Positions 13,801-27,050 are shown, numbered from the stretch's first letter. The stretch is DNA of 64,000 bases from Glaucostegus cemiculus (GCA_976551045.1 CDPCPM010000016.1:29078001-29142000), one strand, 5' to 3'. Program-made: numbers and translations. Notes: a model not told the origin generated them from the letters alone.

Positions 13801-13941
13801 NNNNNNNNNNNNNNNNNNNNNNNNNNNNNNNNNNNNNNNNNNNNNNNNNNNNNNNNNNNNNNNNNNNNNNNNNNNNNNNNNNNNNNNNNNNNNNNNNNNN
13901 NNNNNNNNNNNNNNNNNNNNNNNNNNNNNNNNNNNNNNNNN
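13801..13941. other. Assembly gap (141 N)
   Basis: Run of N starting 59 nt upstream of the exon 13 acceptor. Confidence 1.
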
Positions 13942-15799
13942 GTTGAAACTAGGAACACACAGTCTTGTCAACATAACTAAAACCTAATCCAGTTGACCAC
14001 TCCTACCACATGAATAGCTACTTCAGTCTCCTCGCCATTTTTTGTCACATGTTCTAAGAGACCATATGCAGGAGACCAGAGCTGATGACGGCAACTATTT
14101 AAGGGCTCTTACGTGATGGTTTGCAAGAACAGGACTGCTGATATTAGTCCCTTGTCGTGCTAAGCTTTGCTCCTTTACTCTGAGACCTCTCATAGCCTTC
14201 TGTCCTTGTTATATTTTCACAATGTGCAAAGGCAAAGTGAATGTGATTCTTCTGCAAATTGACTAGAAAAAAAGTGACCAACCATAAAAATAAAATCCTA
14301 GCCTTTGAGCAGAGTACCTCCTTTAAAGCTACTTCTTCCCAAAACTTTAAAGTCTTATCTCAACATCAATTAATTGAACAAAAGAAAAAGCACAGTCTTT
14401 TTGTAAATTAAGTAGCTGCAATCGTCAAATGCAGTTTCATGTTAACCTTGAGTAAAGACTGTATTTGGAAAGAAATTATTATCTTATAAACAACCCGATA
14501 GTTCTCACTGAAACTAAATCTTGCATACTTGAGCATTTACTACAATCCACAACTAAAACAAAAGCTGCAACTTTATTTTCACCCTGCCTGGTCTGATCAC
14601 AATAACTTTGAACAATGAGCAGGCAAAACAGTTCAGTTTAATGCCAAACAAACCAGAAATACTCCAGATTCTGTAGTGGTATCTGAATATCAGAAGGCTT
14701 CTCAGGGCTCCAAGGTTTTAATTGGTAAACATAAATTGACAGACAGTGCCAAATGGCTGTCAATTTGGATCACCAGGAGACTTTTTTTGGGAATTGTCTG
14801 AGTAAAGTTGAGACATTACAATCAAAGACTTAAAGTTGCATGAAACCATGAGGAATCTCAGTTATGAGCAAAGGTGTGCACTGAAATTAGTCTTGTACAA
14901 AAATAACTAGGGTAAGGAAAAATGGATCCTGTTTTTGTTTGTGAGGTGGCCTTTTTGAAATTCCACTCATTCCTGCTACTCTTTTTCATACTCAGTTAAA
15001 AAGGCACCATGCAGTACAGCAATACAGATGTTTCTTATGACCACCGATGATAGCCAACATACAACAAAACTAATAAAACTGATAACATAAATTAAGCTGC
15101 TCATGTATAATAAATACTCAGCCACTCAGCGACAACTAGGTTTAGGATGTAATATCACACAAAATACACTGTACTCACTTCTGTATTTTGAATAGTATTA
15201 AATTGTTTTGCGCAATGCAATGAGATTGATTAAAATTGACACAGGCTGTGGTCAGTGGTAAACAAGAAATGCATATCTCTTGCAAATGCCCCAGATTTTC
15301 AATGGGCCTTTCAAACAAAAATCCAGGAGATTTAGGGTCTGAAAACAGAGTAAACAACAGCAGGTTTTTTAAACCAGGTTAGTGAATTCTTAGAGAGACA
15401 CAGGTCCTGTAATTGAATTTCACTCCGTTTTGGTCCACTAAACCACTGTTGCATTTTGCACAAGTGCTAAATCGGGACCCCTCCAAAAATATAATGAAAT
15501 TAGCCAAAAAAAAGTTTGACAGGTCACTAGGGTGGTTAACATACAGAAAAATATGCCAAAACAGAACTGACATGGTTCCCAGTGGGACCACAGTAAATTC
15601 AGTGCAGCTGCTGACACTTTGCTGCAAGACAATGACAGAAGGGCATCAGCCCTTAAAGACAGGCAGTCAGACAGCAGCAACACACACAAAGACTTATGTA
15701 GAGTAGAGAAATGCAGAGGAAGAGGGAGATAATATTGCATTGTGCAAATGTTAGAGCTATTACTCACTACAGGAGACAGGGACCAGAGAGGGACGTCAT

Positions 15800-16630
15800 G
15801 TGCACTGGATGAGGGGGTGATGGAGAAGGTTTGGCAGGAGATCTGCCAGTGTAGCCATCAGAAGAGCCTAACATAAGGTGGCAGGGATTGAGTCAGCCAG
15901 TGAGGACTCCCTTAACAGTAGAAGAAATTTCATGACCTTATTAGATACATCAAAGTGAGATCCAGGCAACACTGCTCACTCATGCTGACATATTCAACTT
16001 GAAGCAGTTATTCCACTGCTCTCTCCTCTCCTACAAACCCACCCAACCACTGACACGCAACTCTCTCCAGCTTCATACAGAGGTCAAGCTTCCAGAAAGA
16101 TGATAATGCAAAGGTTATTTCAATGTCCGTCACCACCCCAATTTAGGTAAAGATAGCAAAGAATAGGAGGGACACCACTGCACAGAAAGAGGGCTCTTGT
16201 GAAGCCTGTCTCCACTGGGGAGCTCATCTTGGAACCAGCAAGCAGAGAAGTTGCAACCCCAAACCACCTTCAGGACAAGTGTGATTTGCGATCGGCACAC
16301 ATCAACAATTGTGACTATTTCATCCCTTTTGATTTGATCACCAAGACACCCTTACTACCAACTGTCTTGTTGCATCACCAGAAAAATGTTTTGGCCACAG
16401 CTTACATGCAGAACTATATTCTGATTCAGATGACAGCTGCTATGAAGGCAATGATGCAGACTTTCATGTAGTCACATGCAGATCCAGTTAGAGATTTGGT
16501 CTTGACATTTGTGATTTGGGGCCTGTCAGCCAGCTCAGCTCTTGATCTGCTGACTGAAACAGCATTGGAGCAGTCTGAGTGAAGAAGATCATTACACTTT
16601 TGTGTACCCAGTTCTCAGAGGACATCTGGT
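15800..16630 (+). mobile_element. Heavily decayed LINE, probably RTE clade
   Basis: Faint RT-like remnants near 16410-16510 (decayed YADD-type motif, then RFGLT); weak. Confidence 0.3.
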
Positions 16631-16639
16631 ATATATTCA

Positions 16640-18200
16640 TAGGAATATACGAATTAGCAGCTGAAAGCAGCTGTCCTCAACCCTGCTCTGGCACTCAATA
16701 AGATTACAGCTGATCTGACCTGAAACACAAATCTTCATTCCCTCCTACCCCTGATAACCTTTCACTCCAGTTTCTTACCACCAGACTGAAGGACGGCTTC
16801 TGTCCGCTGTTATCAGACTCTTGAACTGACCTCTCATACACTAAAGATGAATTCTTGATCTCCCAATCTACCTCACTGTGGCCTTTGCACATTATTTGTT
16901 TACTTGCACTACATTTCCTTTGTAACTGCTACATTATATTCTACATTTTGTTTTCTTTTTACTACATTAATGACACGATCTGCCTGGAAACGCAAACAGA
17001 AGTTTTTCCACTGTAACTCTGAACATGTGACAATAGTAAACCAATACCAAATAACTATCTGCCTCTGCTTTACAAATATTAAGAGATTTCCACTGTCCTT
17101 TGATGAAGTGACCTTTTCTGAAAGACGTACGGGTAGGTTAATTTCAGGATTTAAAATGGGTGGCGCGGAGTTGCTGGGTCGAAAGGGCCTGTTACCGCGC
17201 TGTAAATAAATAATAAATAAATAAATGTGTTCCAAAGGATAATTACCCTTGTAGGAAAAATTTTGCTCCATCCGTCTTAAATAGGGACCCTTAAAAGCAT
17301 CCTCTAATTCTGAATTTCCCCACAAAGAGGAAATATCCTCATATATAGTCTGCTAAGACCTCTCAGGACCTTTTATGTTTCCATCAATAACCCTCTTGCT
17401 ATTCTAAATTTCTACTCATACAGGCTGAGCCTGTCCAACCTTTCTTCATAAGACAAGTGAACTATTCCAGGCATCTCTGAACCGCTTCCAGTGTATTTAC
17501 ATTCTTCCTTAAATAAAATGACCAATACCGTACACCGTTATTCCAGAAAATTTCTCTTCATTACCCTGCAAAACAGAAGCAGTGACTTCCTACTTTTGTG
17601 TTCAATTTGTTAGCGTAATGCTATTACAGTGCCTGTGACCAGAGTTCAATTCCCACTGCTGTCTGTAACGAGCTTGTATGTTCTCCCTGTGTCTGGGTGG
17701 GTTTCCTCGGGTTCCTTGCACATATCAAAGACGTACGAGTTAGGAAGTTGTGCACCAGAGGAAGGATGACACTTGCAGGCTGCCCCCCAGAACACTCTAT
17801 GCTAAAAGGTGTATTTCACTGTGTGTTTTGATGTACATGTGACCAATAAAGAAATCTTATCTGACATTGAACAATATGAATTATACAGAAACAGGTCCTT
17901 CGGCCCAAATCATCTATGCCAACCAAGCTGCCTACCTGAGCTAATCTTATATGCCTGCATTTGGCTATATCCCATTAAACCTTTCCCATCCATGAACCTG
18001 TCCAAATATCTTTTAAATGTAATTGTACCCGCCTCTACTACTTCCTCTGCGAGCTTGTTCCACATACCCATTACCCTCTGTTTGAAAAAACTGCCATTCG
18101 GATCCCCTTAAACTCCTTCACCTCTCACCTTAAACCTATGCCTTCTGGCTTTAGACTCCCCTACCCTAGGGAAAAGACTCTGACCATTCACCTTATCTAC
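16640..18200. mobile_element. Nested cluster: antisense CR1 pieces, Rex1 tail (+, about 16778-17050), (TAAA)n at 17202-17225, SINE (+, about 17608-17860), CR1 tail (-, 17870-18200)
   Basis: accaccagactgaaggacggcttc..gtgacaatagtaaaccaatacc (Rex1 tail); gagttcaattccc box-B-like motif plus gggtttcctcggg (SINE). Confidence 0.7.
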
Positions 18201-20359
18201 ATAAATTGAAAGGGAAATTTAACAGCCTTTCAGCAGACATACTGCAGCCAGTGAAGGGTCACATTGATGCAGCATTTGGACATCCATCCCATGGCAGTGA
18301 GATAGGAAAGGTCAAGGTGTTAAAGCTGAAACCCAAATGTTGTGATTTTCATGTTTTATTTTTCTTGTTATAAATGTCTCTGAACAAATAGCACTCTTCT
18401 CACTTGAGGCAAATCAGACCTATTATTGAGCAGAGGTAAGTTACATTGGTGTGGCAGTTGCTGGCATGGCACAATTGGAAAGGTTATTAATGAAGTGTTG
18501 TCAGTATTGTTATCATTCAGATATTCACTAAATATGTCAGCAACTAATTAACAGAGAAAGTACCCCGTGTTAATTTTAGCACACTTTGAACTCTGGAATG
18601 TGTCTGGGCATCCTGTGGTTATCTGCGAAGCTGCCTCGTCAGGTGTCCCAACGGCAGCAGAATGTGCCTTTAAATAACAACAAAAGCAAAGAAGTATGCC
18701 TCTCATTGTGCCAAGGCCATTCTGTGACAGTCAAAGATTACACCTTTAAATTCTCATTTACATTGGGAAGAGTAGAATAGCACTTTGCACAAACAGCTAT
18801 GCCTTATGCTGGCATTAATGTAAATAGTGCATTGAATTGTTTAGTACACCTTTGTGATGAATAGGAAATTATTGCTATTGTGATCTACTCCAGGTTAAAG
18901 ATTAAAAGAGTTGAAAATAATTTGTGCAAAGTGTAATTTTCTATCTAAGGAGGCCATTTGGCAGTAATTAAGATATACTGTATTTAAAAAGTTATGTTGA
19001 CTGGATTGGACAAATGCTAACCTTTTCCAGCATGCTTGGCAGGGATCTATCACCCTAGTTCACAAATGCTGCATGTTTTGAAGTTATGGTATAGCTAGAT
19101 ATTGTTAGATCTGTGGAAGCAGGGCGCTTCAAGCAGTATCTTCTGGTTTTCCATGTTTAGTTGCACACATGTAAACACTTGAAATTATGGCCTAAAAGCT
19201 GGAAAATCCAGGCGACTGTTCAACACACTGAGATTTACAGCATTAAAAATCTCTGAAAGCAAGTTACGTGCAATTGAAGGTGAAATGTGGCCACTGGAAG
19301 TGCAGGAATAAAAAAAAATTGGAAGTAATGTAAAAACCTGGTATCGAGTCAAAATTCAACAAGAAATAGAGGTAGACAAATTGGGGTTGGGGCAGGGAAG
19401 GTGAGTGGTGGCATTAAAAGTGATGATGAATATTACCTCAAAAGATACCCTGTCCACAAAGCAGCGCAGCAGGACTGTGCAAGAGTTACCTGTTGTCTTA
19501 TTCGGTTGATTGGCGATCTCAGACTTTGAATTTTTCTTGCACCACTCTTAATATTTTTGCAAATTATTGACATGGTTTTAGGAGATTAAGTCATATGCTA
19601 CACAATTAATTATTCAATAACATTTTTCCTATCATTTGTGAGTCTCTTGGAAATGATATTCCTTTGACATCATGCATATCACCCTCCAACTGTTGCCAAG
19701 GTTTGAGGAAAGGACATAGAAAGATTATGACAAATAGTCTCAACATGTGGTAATTTTCCAAAAGCAGAAATTAAATCTATTTTCTCCACTGAATCAGATT
19801 TAAAATAATAAATGCAGAATTTCCAAATGCGAAAGTACTTACGCTAATGCCAAAGCTTTTTAGAACTAATTATTTAATAATTATTTTAAAATTATCCAAA
19901 AATTAATAATAATAGACATGCATTTAATACTCTGCTATACTTTCAGGATAGCACTAGTGAATAGCTATTTTGGTAGTTAAAAACTAGAATGATTGTTTGT
20001 GATGAGGTGGCAATGTTATTTTGGTTCTCATTACAAATATATCCACTGGCAGTTAAAAAGCTCATCAGATTTAGACAAGGCTAAGTTGGTCATGGGGAAA
20101 ACTGGAAGAATATACAACACCTCTACATAAAATGGAGATATGAAATGTTTCACACTCCAGTCTTTTGAATCTTGTGAATTTTTCAGTAATAAAGTAAATT
20201 GCATCTTTCACATTCAAAGCAACTTCAAATAGCATTACCTTTTAGATTACATTGTTATATTACATATTTTTACCCCAGATTTAAAAGGCCACACTATTCC
20301 TACTCCCTCCTAAACAGCACCCCTATCGAAACAAATAGGTTCTACCAATATAGACCCAT

Positions 20360-20550
20360 AGAGTGATGGATGTAGGTACTCTTGCAACATTTAAAAAGTA
20401 TAGAAGTATCTGGACAACCACTTGAATCACTGAGTTTGGAAGGCTATTGACTAAGTGTTGGTAAATGGGAATAGAATAGATAGGTACTTGGTAGTTAGCA
20501 TTGACATGGTGGGCCAAATGGCCTGTTTCTGTTCTTTATGATTTAGATCT
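20360..20550 (+). mobile_element. CR1 3' tail
   Basis: gcaacatttaaaaag..gacatggtgggccaaatggcctgtttctgttctttatgatt. Confidence 0.6.
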
Positions 20551-20574
20551 CTAGCCTAAGACTTTCATGCTATA

Positions 20575-20830
20575 GAGCATTTTATATAGATATCTATAAG
20601 ATACCTATAGTGCTTCACAATCAATGTTTTTTAAAGTATTGTCACTATTTTATGTAGGTGAACATATGTAGCAAGATCCTGTAAATGGCAATGAGATAAA
20701 TGATTAATTCTTATCTTGTAGAGTTGGTTAAAAGACAGATATTAATAAAGAGAAAGAAACACCCCCACAGACACCAGATGACCACAGAGTTTTTTCTGAA
20801 GATCTTTTAATTTCATTTGAACAAGCAAAT
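20575..20830 (-). mobile_element. Old Deu-domain SINE remnant
   Basis: Reverse complement resembles the 40640-41055 element (cagcaagatcc, gatcttttaa motifs). Confidence 0.4.
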
Positions 20831-20864
20831 GGCAATGGAAGTTTCTTGGTGCTCAAAGTGCCAG

Positions 20865-21150
20865 ATTAAGATATCTTTATTAGTCACATGTACATTAAAA
20901 CACACAGTGAAATGCATCTTTTGCATAGTGTTCTGGGGCAACCCTCAAGTGGCATCACACTTCCAGCACCAAAATAGCATGCCCACAACTTCCTAACCCA
21001 TACATCTTTGGAACTCGGGAGGAAACCAAAGCACCCAGAGGAAACCCACACAGACACAGGGAGAACATACAGATACAGGGAGAACATACAAACTCCTTAC
21101 AGACAGCAGCCCGAATTGAACCCGGGTTGCTACACCACCATAACTTGCGT
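20865..21150 (-). mobile_element. tRNA-type/V-domain SINE with a short internal tandem duplication (acagggagaacatac x2)
   Basis: Inverse copy of the SINE at 17608-17860; cgggttcaattcgggc box B on the minus strand. Confidence 0.75.
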
Positions 21151-22729
21151 GTCCTAGAAGCCAAGCTGATCAATGATGCAACATGGCACCAAATATATAC
21201 AACTGCACTAACCTTCCATATTTACCTTGGCAAAACCAAATAATCTGTAAAAGTTTGTGTTTGTTAATTTATTACATCTTTTATATAAAATTTCAGAAAA
21301 AAGTTAGGGTATAGAAATGGAAATGATTGGAAAAGTAAAATTATCAAAAAAATCGATAATTCCATTAACATATCTGCAAATTATACTTGAATGGTTATCG
21401 AATGGATATTGTAATACCAGCAATATGAAAACAGCATATGCTGTATAATATTTTATCAAAGTATTGATAAGCAATAAAGCTCAGAGTGTCAAACTAAACA
21501 GACAGCTGGGCTAGTCTACTATGGTTACCCAAGATGCTAGTTCGATTGGCCATAATTTACAAGTCACTTCTAAATACAGTAAGATGATATGACCAGTGAT
21601 TAAAAGTCATCCACATTCAATTCCCTTGCACAATTTATGTATAGAATGTTTAGTTCACCGATTTATATAATTCATGACATTACACTTAACAGATAGAATG
21701 TGAAATAAAAATAACACATTACTTGGTTAGACTTACCATTGAAAATCTACAATTAGCTGGATTAAATATTGATAGAATGGAAACATGTCTTAATTAGGAG
21801 AATATTTTGTAGTGAATTGTACTGAAGTAATGGGTTGTACATCTGCATCAGTAATTCCATACCTGCGTCCTGTATTGTAGGCATCAGGCATTCAATGTCA
21901 AGTCTAATATCAAAGTTTGGAAATAGGAGTACAGAACGAAATTTAAAAGTTCTATATGTAATTTTGTTCTTGCTGCAGCAAACTAGTAAGGTCTGAGGGG
22001 TAAAGAAACTAACAACTCAGATAGGGCTTGCTAATCACGTTTCATGGCTTTAAGTCTGTAGATACAGCAATTATTTTAAAAATTGTAGAGAAGTCTGTAA
22101 CAAAATTGTCAATACTTCAGGTCAGTCCCTCCAGATATTTATAAATATGGCTATATTCTGGCAAACAGTTAATGCTGAGTCTATCGTCTAGAAATTAGAA
22201 TTACACCTTTCAAGGCGAAAGGCAGGAAACATTCCTTATAGAAAGTATGACGCGGGTTTAGTATTTGCATTGATAATTACAATGATAAGCCTACTACTAA
22301 CTTTTCATTCAGAATTGAATGATTTTTGTTGTTTCATAATGGATATGGAACAAATGGCTATGGAATTAGGTCACAAATGAGTTATGGATTCAAGGAGCGC
22401 TGGAAGTGTTTTTCTTTTAAAATATATTTGTTTTTCAGGACCTGGACACCACTGGCAAAGCAAGCATTTATTAGTCACCCATGAATGCCCTTGGTGGCTG
22501 AGGAAATAAGTAGTTTATTTCTACTGTGCTTGATTGATGCTGCTTGTTGGTCATTTAATCCCAGAAGAGCAAAACTAAATATTGGGAAGATCAAAGCCAT
22601 TGTTTGTGGGACATGTAGGTGTAGAGAAAACAGAATTCAGCCTACTTGTGGAATCTGAATAATCAAGTGGCAGCACATTTGAGAAACTGGGGAAGACAAA
22701 GGAAAGATCCTTGGTGAATTCCAGCATAA

Positions 22730-24200
22730 ACAGAAGAGGATTTGGGGTTTAAAGTTTAAATTATGAGGAAATATTGTATAATTGTAGGTTGCATTCCTTT
22801 GCCTTCAGAAAGTTGAGGGAGTATTTAATGGAGATATTTAAATTATAAAGGGATTTAATGGGGTAGAAGATAAAAAGAAACTATTTCCTGCAATGGAGTA
22901 ATCCAGAAAGGGAAAAAAAACCACCATCTTAAAATTAGAACACATCATTTCAGTGTGAAAGCAATTACGGTTTAAGTACTAGTATGTCTCAATTTCTTGC
23001 TCTATTAATGGTTACTAATGTTAGGAATAATTCAAGAATGAAAATAGCTCAAGTTTTGTTAGGCAAGGGCATCAGGGATGTGGAATAAGGGTGTGTTTAG
23101 ATGCAGATCAGCCAATCCCTAGGGAGGCAGGAGTAGGATTTGGTCATGTAGGCCTTGAGTCTATTCATTGACTTGAAGGGCACAAGCAACTGATCTGCAG
23201 CTTCACTCCATGTAAAAACTTTTGTCTCATTCCCCTCAATAACAATCCATCAATCCCAAATGTATAATTAAAACTGGCCTGGCATAAACAGAATTCCAAA
23301 CTTCTACTGCTATCTGAATAGAAGTGTGGTTAACTTCACTCATGAAAGGCTTGCTTCTACATTCAGATGAGCTCATGTCCCCGACTCTGTATTCTCTTCA
23401 TCCACTCCACTGGTTCCCTGTAAAGTCCTGAAACTTCAATCAAGCTATGCAACCAAGTAACGCAACCCTGGTCTGTGTAAATTCTCCTTGATTGAACCAC
23501 TGGAATCCAGGATTTGCATTGCACTTGCTCAATACATGCTCTTCCTAGGGCACAGAGCCCAGGACTATGCAGAGTATAACAGATATAGTCTAACCAGGGT
23601 TTTATAGTGCTGTAGCATAATTTTCACCTGCTTACATTCCAGTTAAAATCATGTGTTCCAGTAGCCTTTCTAAATACTTTTTTCCATAACTGTCCATAAC
23701 ATTTTGATGTTTGATGAACACTGATCTGCCACGTCTCCTTAGATTTCTGTTGCTTCCATCTTTTCACCATTTTGAAAGTACCATGGATCTATTCACTTTT
23801 GGTCCAATGTGGATGAACTGTTTTTATATGAATAAATCCATTTGCCACAGCTCTGTTCATCTACTTACTCTAGTAATATTGCTATGTAATTTAATATTTC
23901 TACCCATATCGCTTACAATATCACATGGCTTTGAGTGAACAACAACCTGGGTATATGGTCATCTACCCCATTGTCTAAACAACTTATAAATATCGTTATT
24001 AGTTGTGGGCTACAGATTCCTAAGGAACAGTAGTTACATTCTCCAAATATGAATGCTTGATTATCATTCATACACTGCCTCTTGCATTTCAGCCCTTTAA
24101 CAACAAAATTAATAATTCATCCTCAGTTCCCTTAGAGACTCATGCCAGCTTTGTCTGATGTGCTGAAAATTTTACATATATTCCATTGCACTTTTCTTAA
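22730..24200. mobile_element. Old CR1 remnants (+ 22730-23110; - 23125-24200)
   Basis: Decayed 3' ORF2 and UTR motifs in both orientations. Confidence 0.45.
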
Positions 24201-24400
24201 TTTCAGTTGCTAGTAACTAATGTTCCTGACAATAAATGCAAAGGAAACTAGCCTATAATTCATCAGCTTCCTTTGGTTAGCAAGCAACATGGTGAATTTT
24301 CTGATCTAAAGGATCTGTTCTGAATCAACAGTATCGTGGAAGATTATAATTAGCTCAGCTCCAAGGAATGGAGCCCACCTGGTTTTTAAAAGACTTATGA

Positions 24401-24448
24401 TGAGATATTGGGCATACTCAATAGAACTTGAGTATGCCCAATATCTCA
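24401..24448. repeat. Perfect inverted repeat: 21-bp arms, 6-nt loop
   Basis: tgagatattgggcatactcaa-tagaac-ttgagtatgcccaatatctca. Confidence 0.98.
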
Positions 24449-24874
24449 AAAATCAGGCACTTCAATGCATTATGCATCCTGTGACTTCACTGCCATTGGT
24501 TTTCTAACCCTCTTGTGATGAAGGCCATTACTCTAATTCTGCTGAAATAAAATGACATAACTGGTGACTATGTAGACAAACTCCTGAATATTTTTGTCTA
24601 TATACGTCAAAACTTTTCAATTTTGATTATGAGCTGTAATTAAAAAATACAGAGGTGGCACAGGGCAAACCTTCAGAAACTATAAGCCATCCATCAAGAA
24701 CTGCATGGGTGCTCCTTACATGCTCTCACCTGCATAAAGTATCACAATTACCTTTATACTTTCATTCATCATCCTTGCTTTTGTAGAGTGTGCACTCATT
24801 GTATGTACTTGTGATACTGCACCTATTGTTGTTTTAGCTATTCTCTTATGTGGTTTAAACTTTTAGGATTTCTT

Positions 24875-25465
24875 CATTTTGCAGCTGTACAAAATATCAT
24901 TAAGACCACATCTGAAGTACTGCGTGCAGTTCTGGATGCCACACCATAGGAAAAGTGTGGTAGTAATGGAGAAAGTGCAGAAGAGATTCACCAGGATGTT
25001 GGCTGAAAAGCCAACTAAAATGTTGGCTTTAGTTATAAAGAGAGATTGGATAGGCTGGGATTATTCTCACTTGAACACAGAAGGTTGAGGAGTGACTTTA
25101 CAGGGGTTTATCAAATTATGAGGGGTATAGATAGGATAAGCAGCCAGAATCTTTTCCCCCGGGCAGGGGAGTCTGGAACTGAGAGGGAACTGGTTCAAGA
25201 TGGGAGGGCAGAAATTTAGACAATATCTGAAGGCTACGTTTTTCCATACCGAGGATGGTGGATATCTGGAACGAGCTGCTGGAGGAAGTGGTGGAGACAA
25301 ATACGATTACAATGTTTAAAAGGTATTTGGACAAGTACTTGGATAGGAAAGGCGCAGAGGGTTACAGCCTAATGTGGGCGAATGGGATTTGTGTAGATAG
25401 GCATCGTGGAAGAGGTGGGCCAAAGGGGCCCACTTTTGAGCTGTACAATTCTACAACTTTATGAT
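24875..25465 (+). mobile_element. CR1 LINE 3' fragment
   Basis: QLYKISLRPHLKYCVQFWMPHHRK..EKVQKRFTRML; VDIWNELLEEVVETNTITMFKRYLDKYL. Confidence 0.9.
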
Positions 25466-26599
25466 TTACAGTTCATTATACCTACTTGCATGATCGATCG
25501 AACTGGATTAAAATCAGTTTTCAAATGTAGGGCTCATCTCTCAAATACCCTGCAAGGACACCACTTTTGACTACCTATCACATAATGAAATTTATTTTTT
25601 TTGATTTTTACTTCCCAGCTCCACTTTTCCTGTATCTCAAGACGTTTTACAACTCCAAGCCCCTCAATTATAGATTGCATACACTATGTGGGAGTCAGAA
25701 AAGCAACATATTTTGAAAGCATAATCTAAAGCACATTTGAATGAATTACTTTCAACACAAATTGTAATTATTCTTTTTAGGTAGATTGGAAAGGAAAATT
25801 TAAAACTGTAGATATGGTGCCCATATTAATGACTTTCTCAAAGAGACTATGTTAAGAAAATGCAATTACAATTGTGTTCTATAGAAAATAAATTGAAAAA
25901 ATCCATGATCAACTCAAAAGTAACAGCTAGTCAGAGTTTTACAACACAGAAATAAAGAATTTGCATTCTGAGCAATCTGCCTAGACAGAGATCAAACTTT
26001 CACATCCAAAATAATTGTATGGCCTAAAAGCTGACATTGCACAATTGTCTCAGAGTAACCAGTTAGGTGCATGAAACAACTAGGTTCTTCAATGTTTCTT
26101 TTGAAAGGCAGCAAATTGTCATTAGAAAAAAAACTTTAAATGCAGACACCAAAGGCATTCACCTGCTTGCAGTGCATACCTTGCAAAATTTGTTAAAAAA
26201 GCAAAGACAACACTTGTCTTTTGATAAATGTAGAATGCTATTACAGTATTCAACACAACTGAACAATTTATCAAGGATGAATGCATATCTTGGCTTCTAT
26301 GCACAAAACCTCAACATAATTCACAGTACGACAATAAAAAGCACACATGATAAACACAAAAGTCATGCAAGTGCAGAAAAGACACACACACAAATAATTA
26401 GGTTACTACATAAGCAAGCACAGCAGTCAAAAGCTCAATTATCAGTCTCAAAGAGCATAATTAAGGTGAAGGAAAATACTTCTTGCTCCAGAACAGTATA
26501 GCAACAGAATCATAGATTAAATAATTCATGTCATCTATACATAAAACAATTGGAACTGGCATATTAGTTCCTTTGAATTTCATGTTTATTTATTTTTAT

Positions 26600-27050
26600 G
26601 AGACTTGAGTGTCACTGGGAAGACCAAGATTTAGTGCCCATTCCTAATTGACCCTGAGAAGGCAGTGGTGGGTGCCTTTTTGAACTAGTTAACGAGTTCC
26701 TAGATTTGGATCCAGCAATGATGAACGAACAGTGATATATTTCCAAGTCAGGATGATGCGCAACTTGTGGCAGCATCTCCACGTGAAGGTTCTCCCATGC
26801 ATCCACTAAGGACAGCCTCTTTAGTAGTAGAGATAATGGGTTTGGGAGGTGCTGTCATGTGCAAGTAAATTTTGAATAAAGTACATACTGTAACCAAATG
26901 CCAGTGATAGAGAGAGCAAATATTTTAGATGATAGATGTGGTGTCAATCAAGAAAGAAGGATGATGTCAGAGTATCAGAACTACACTTGTGCAGGCAAGT
27001 GGAGAGTATTTCATCACATGCCTGACTTGGGCCTTGTAGATTATCTTGTA
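26600..27050 (-). mobile_element. Decayed LINE 3' fragment (CR1/L2 group)
   Basis: gtgtcactgggaagacc..tgcccattcctaattgaccctgagaagg tail shared with other copies in the window. Confidence 0.55.

Noticed and set aside
13656-13987. ORFs spanning the N run
   Set aside because: Artefacts of the gap; only the exon 13 part is coding.
17608-17670. tRNA gene (box A/B-like motifs)
   Set aside because: No cloverleaf; it continues into a SINE body that has other copies in the window.
26067-26501. 144-aa + strand ORF
   Set aside because: GTG start, A-rich biased composition, antisense intronic position and no recognisable motif.
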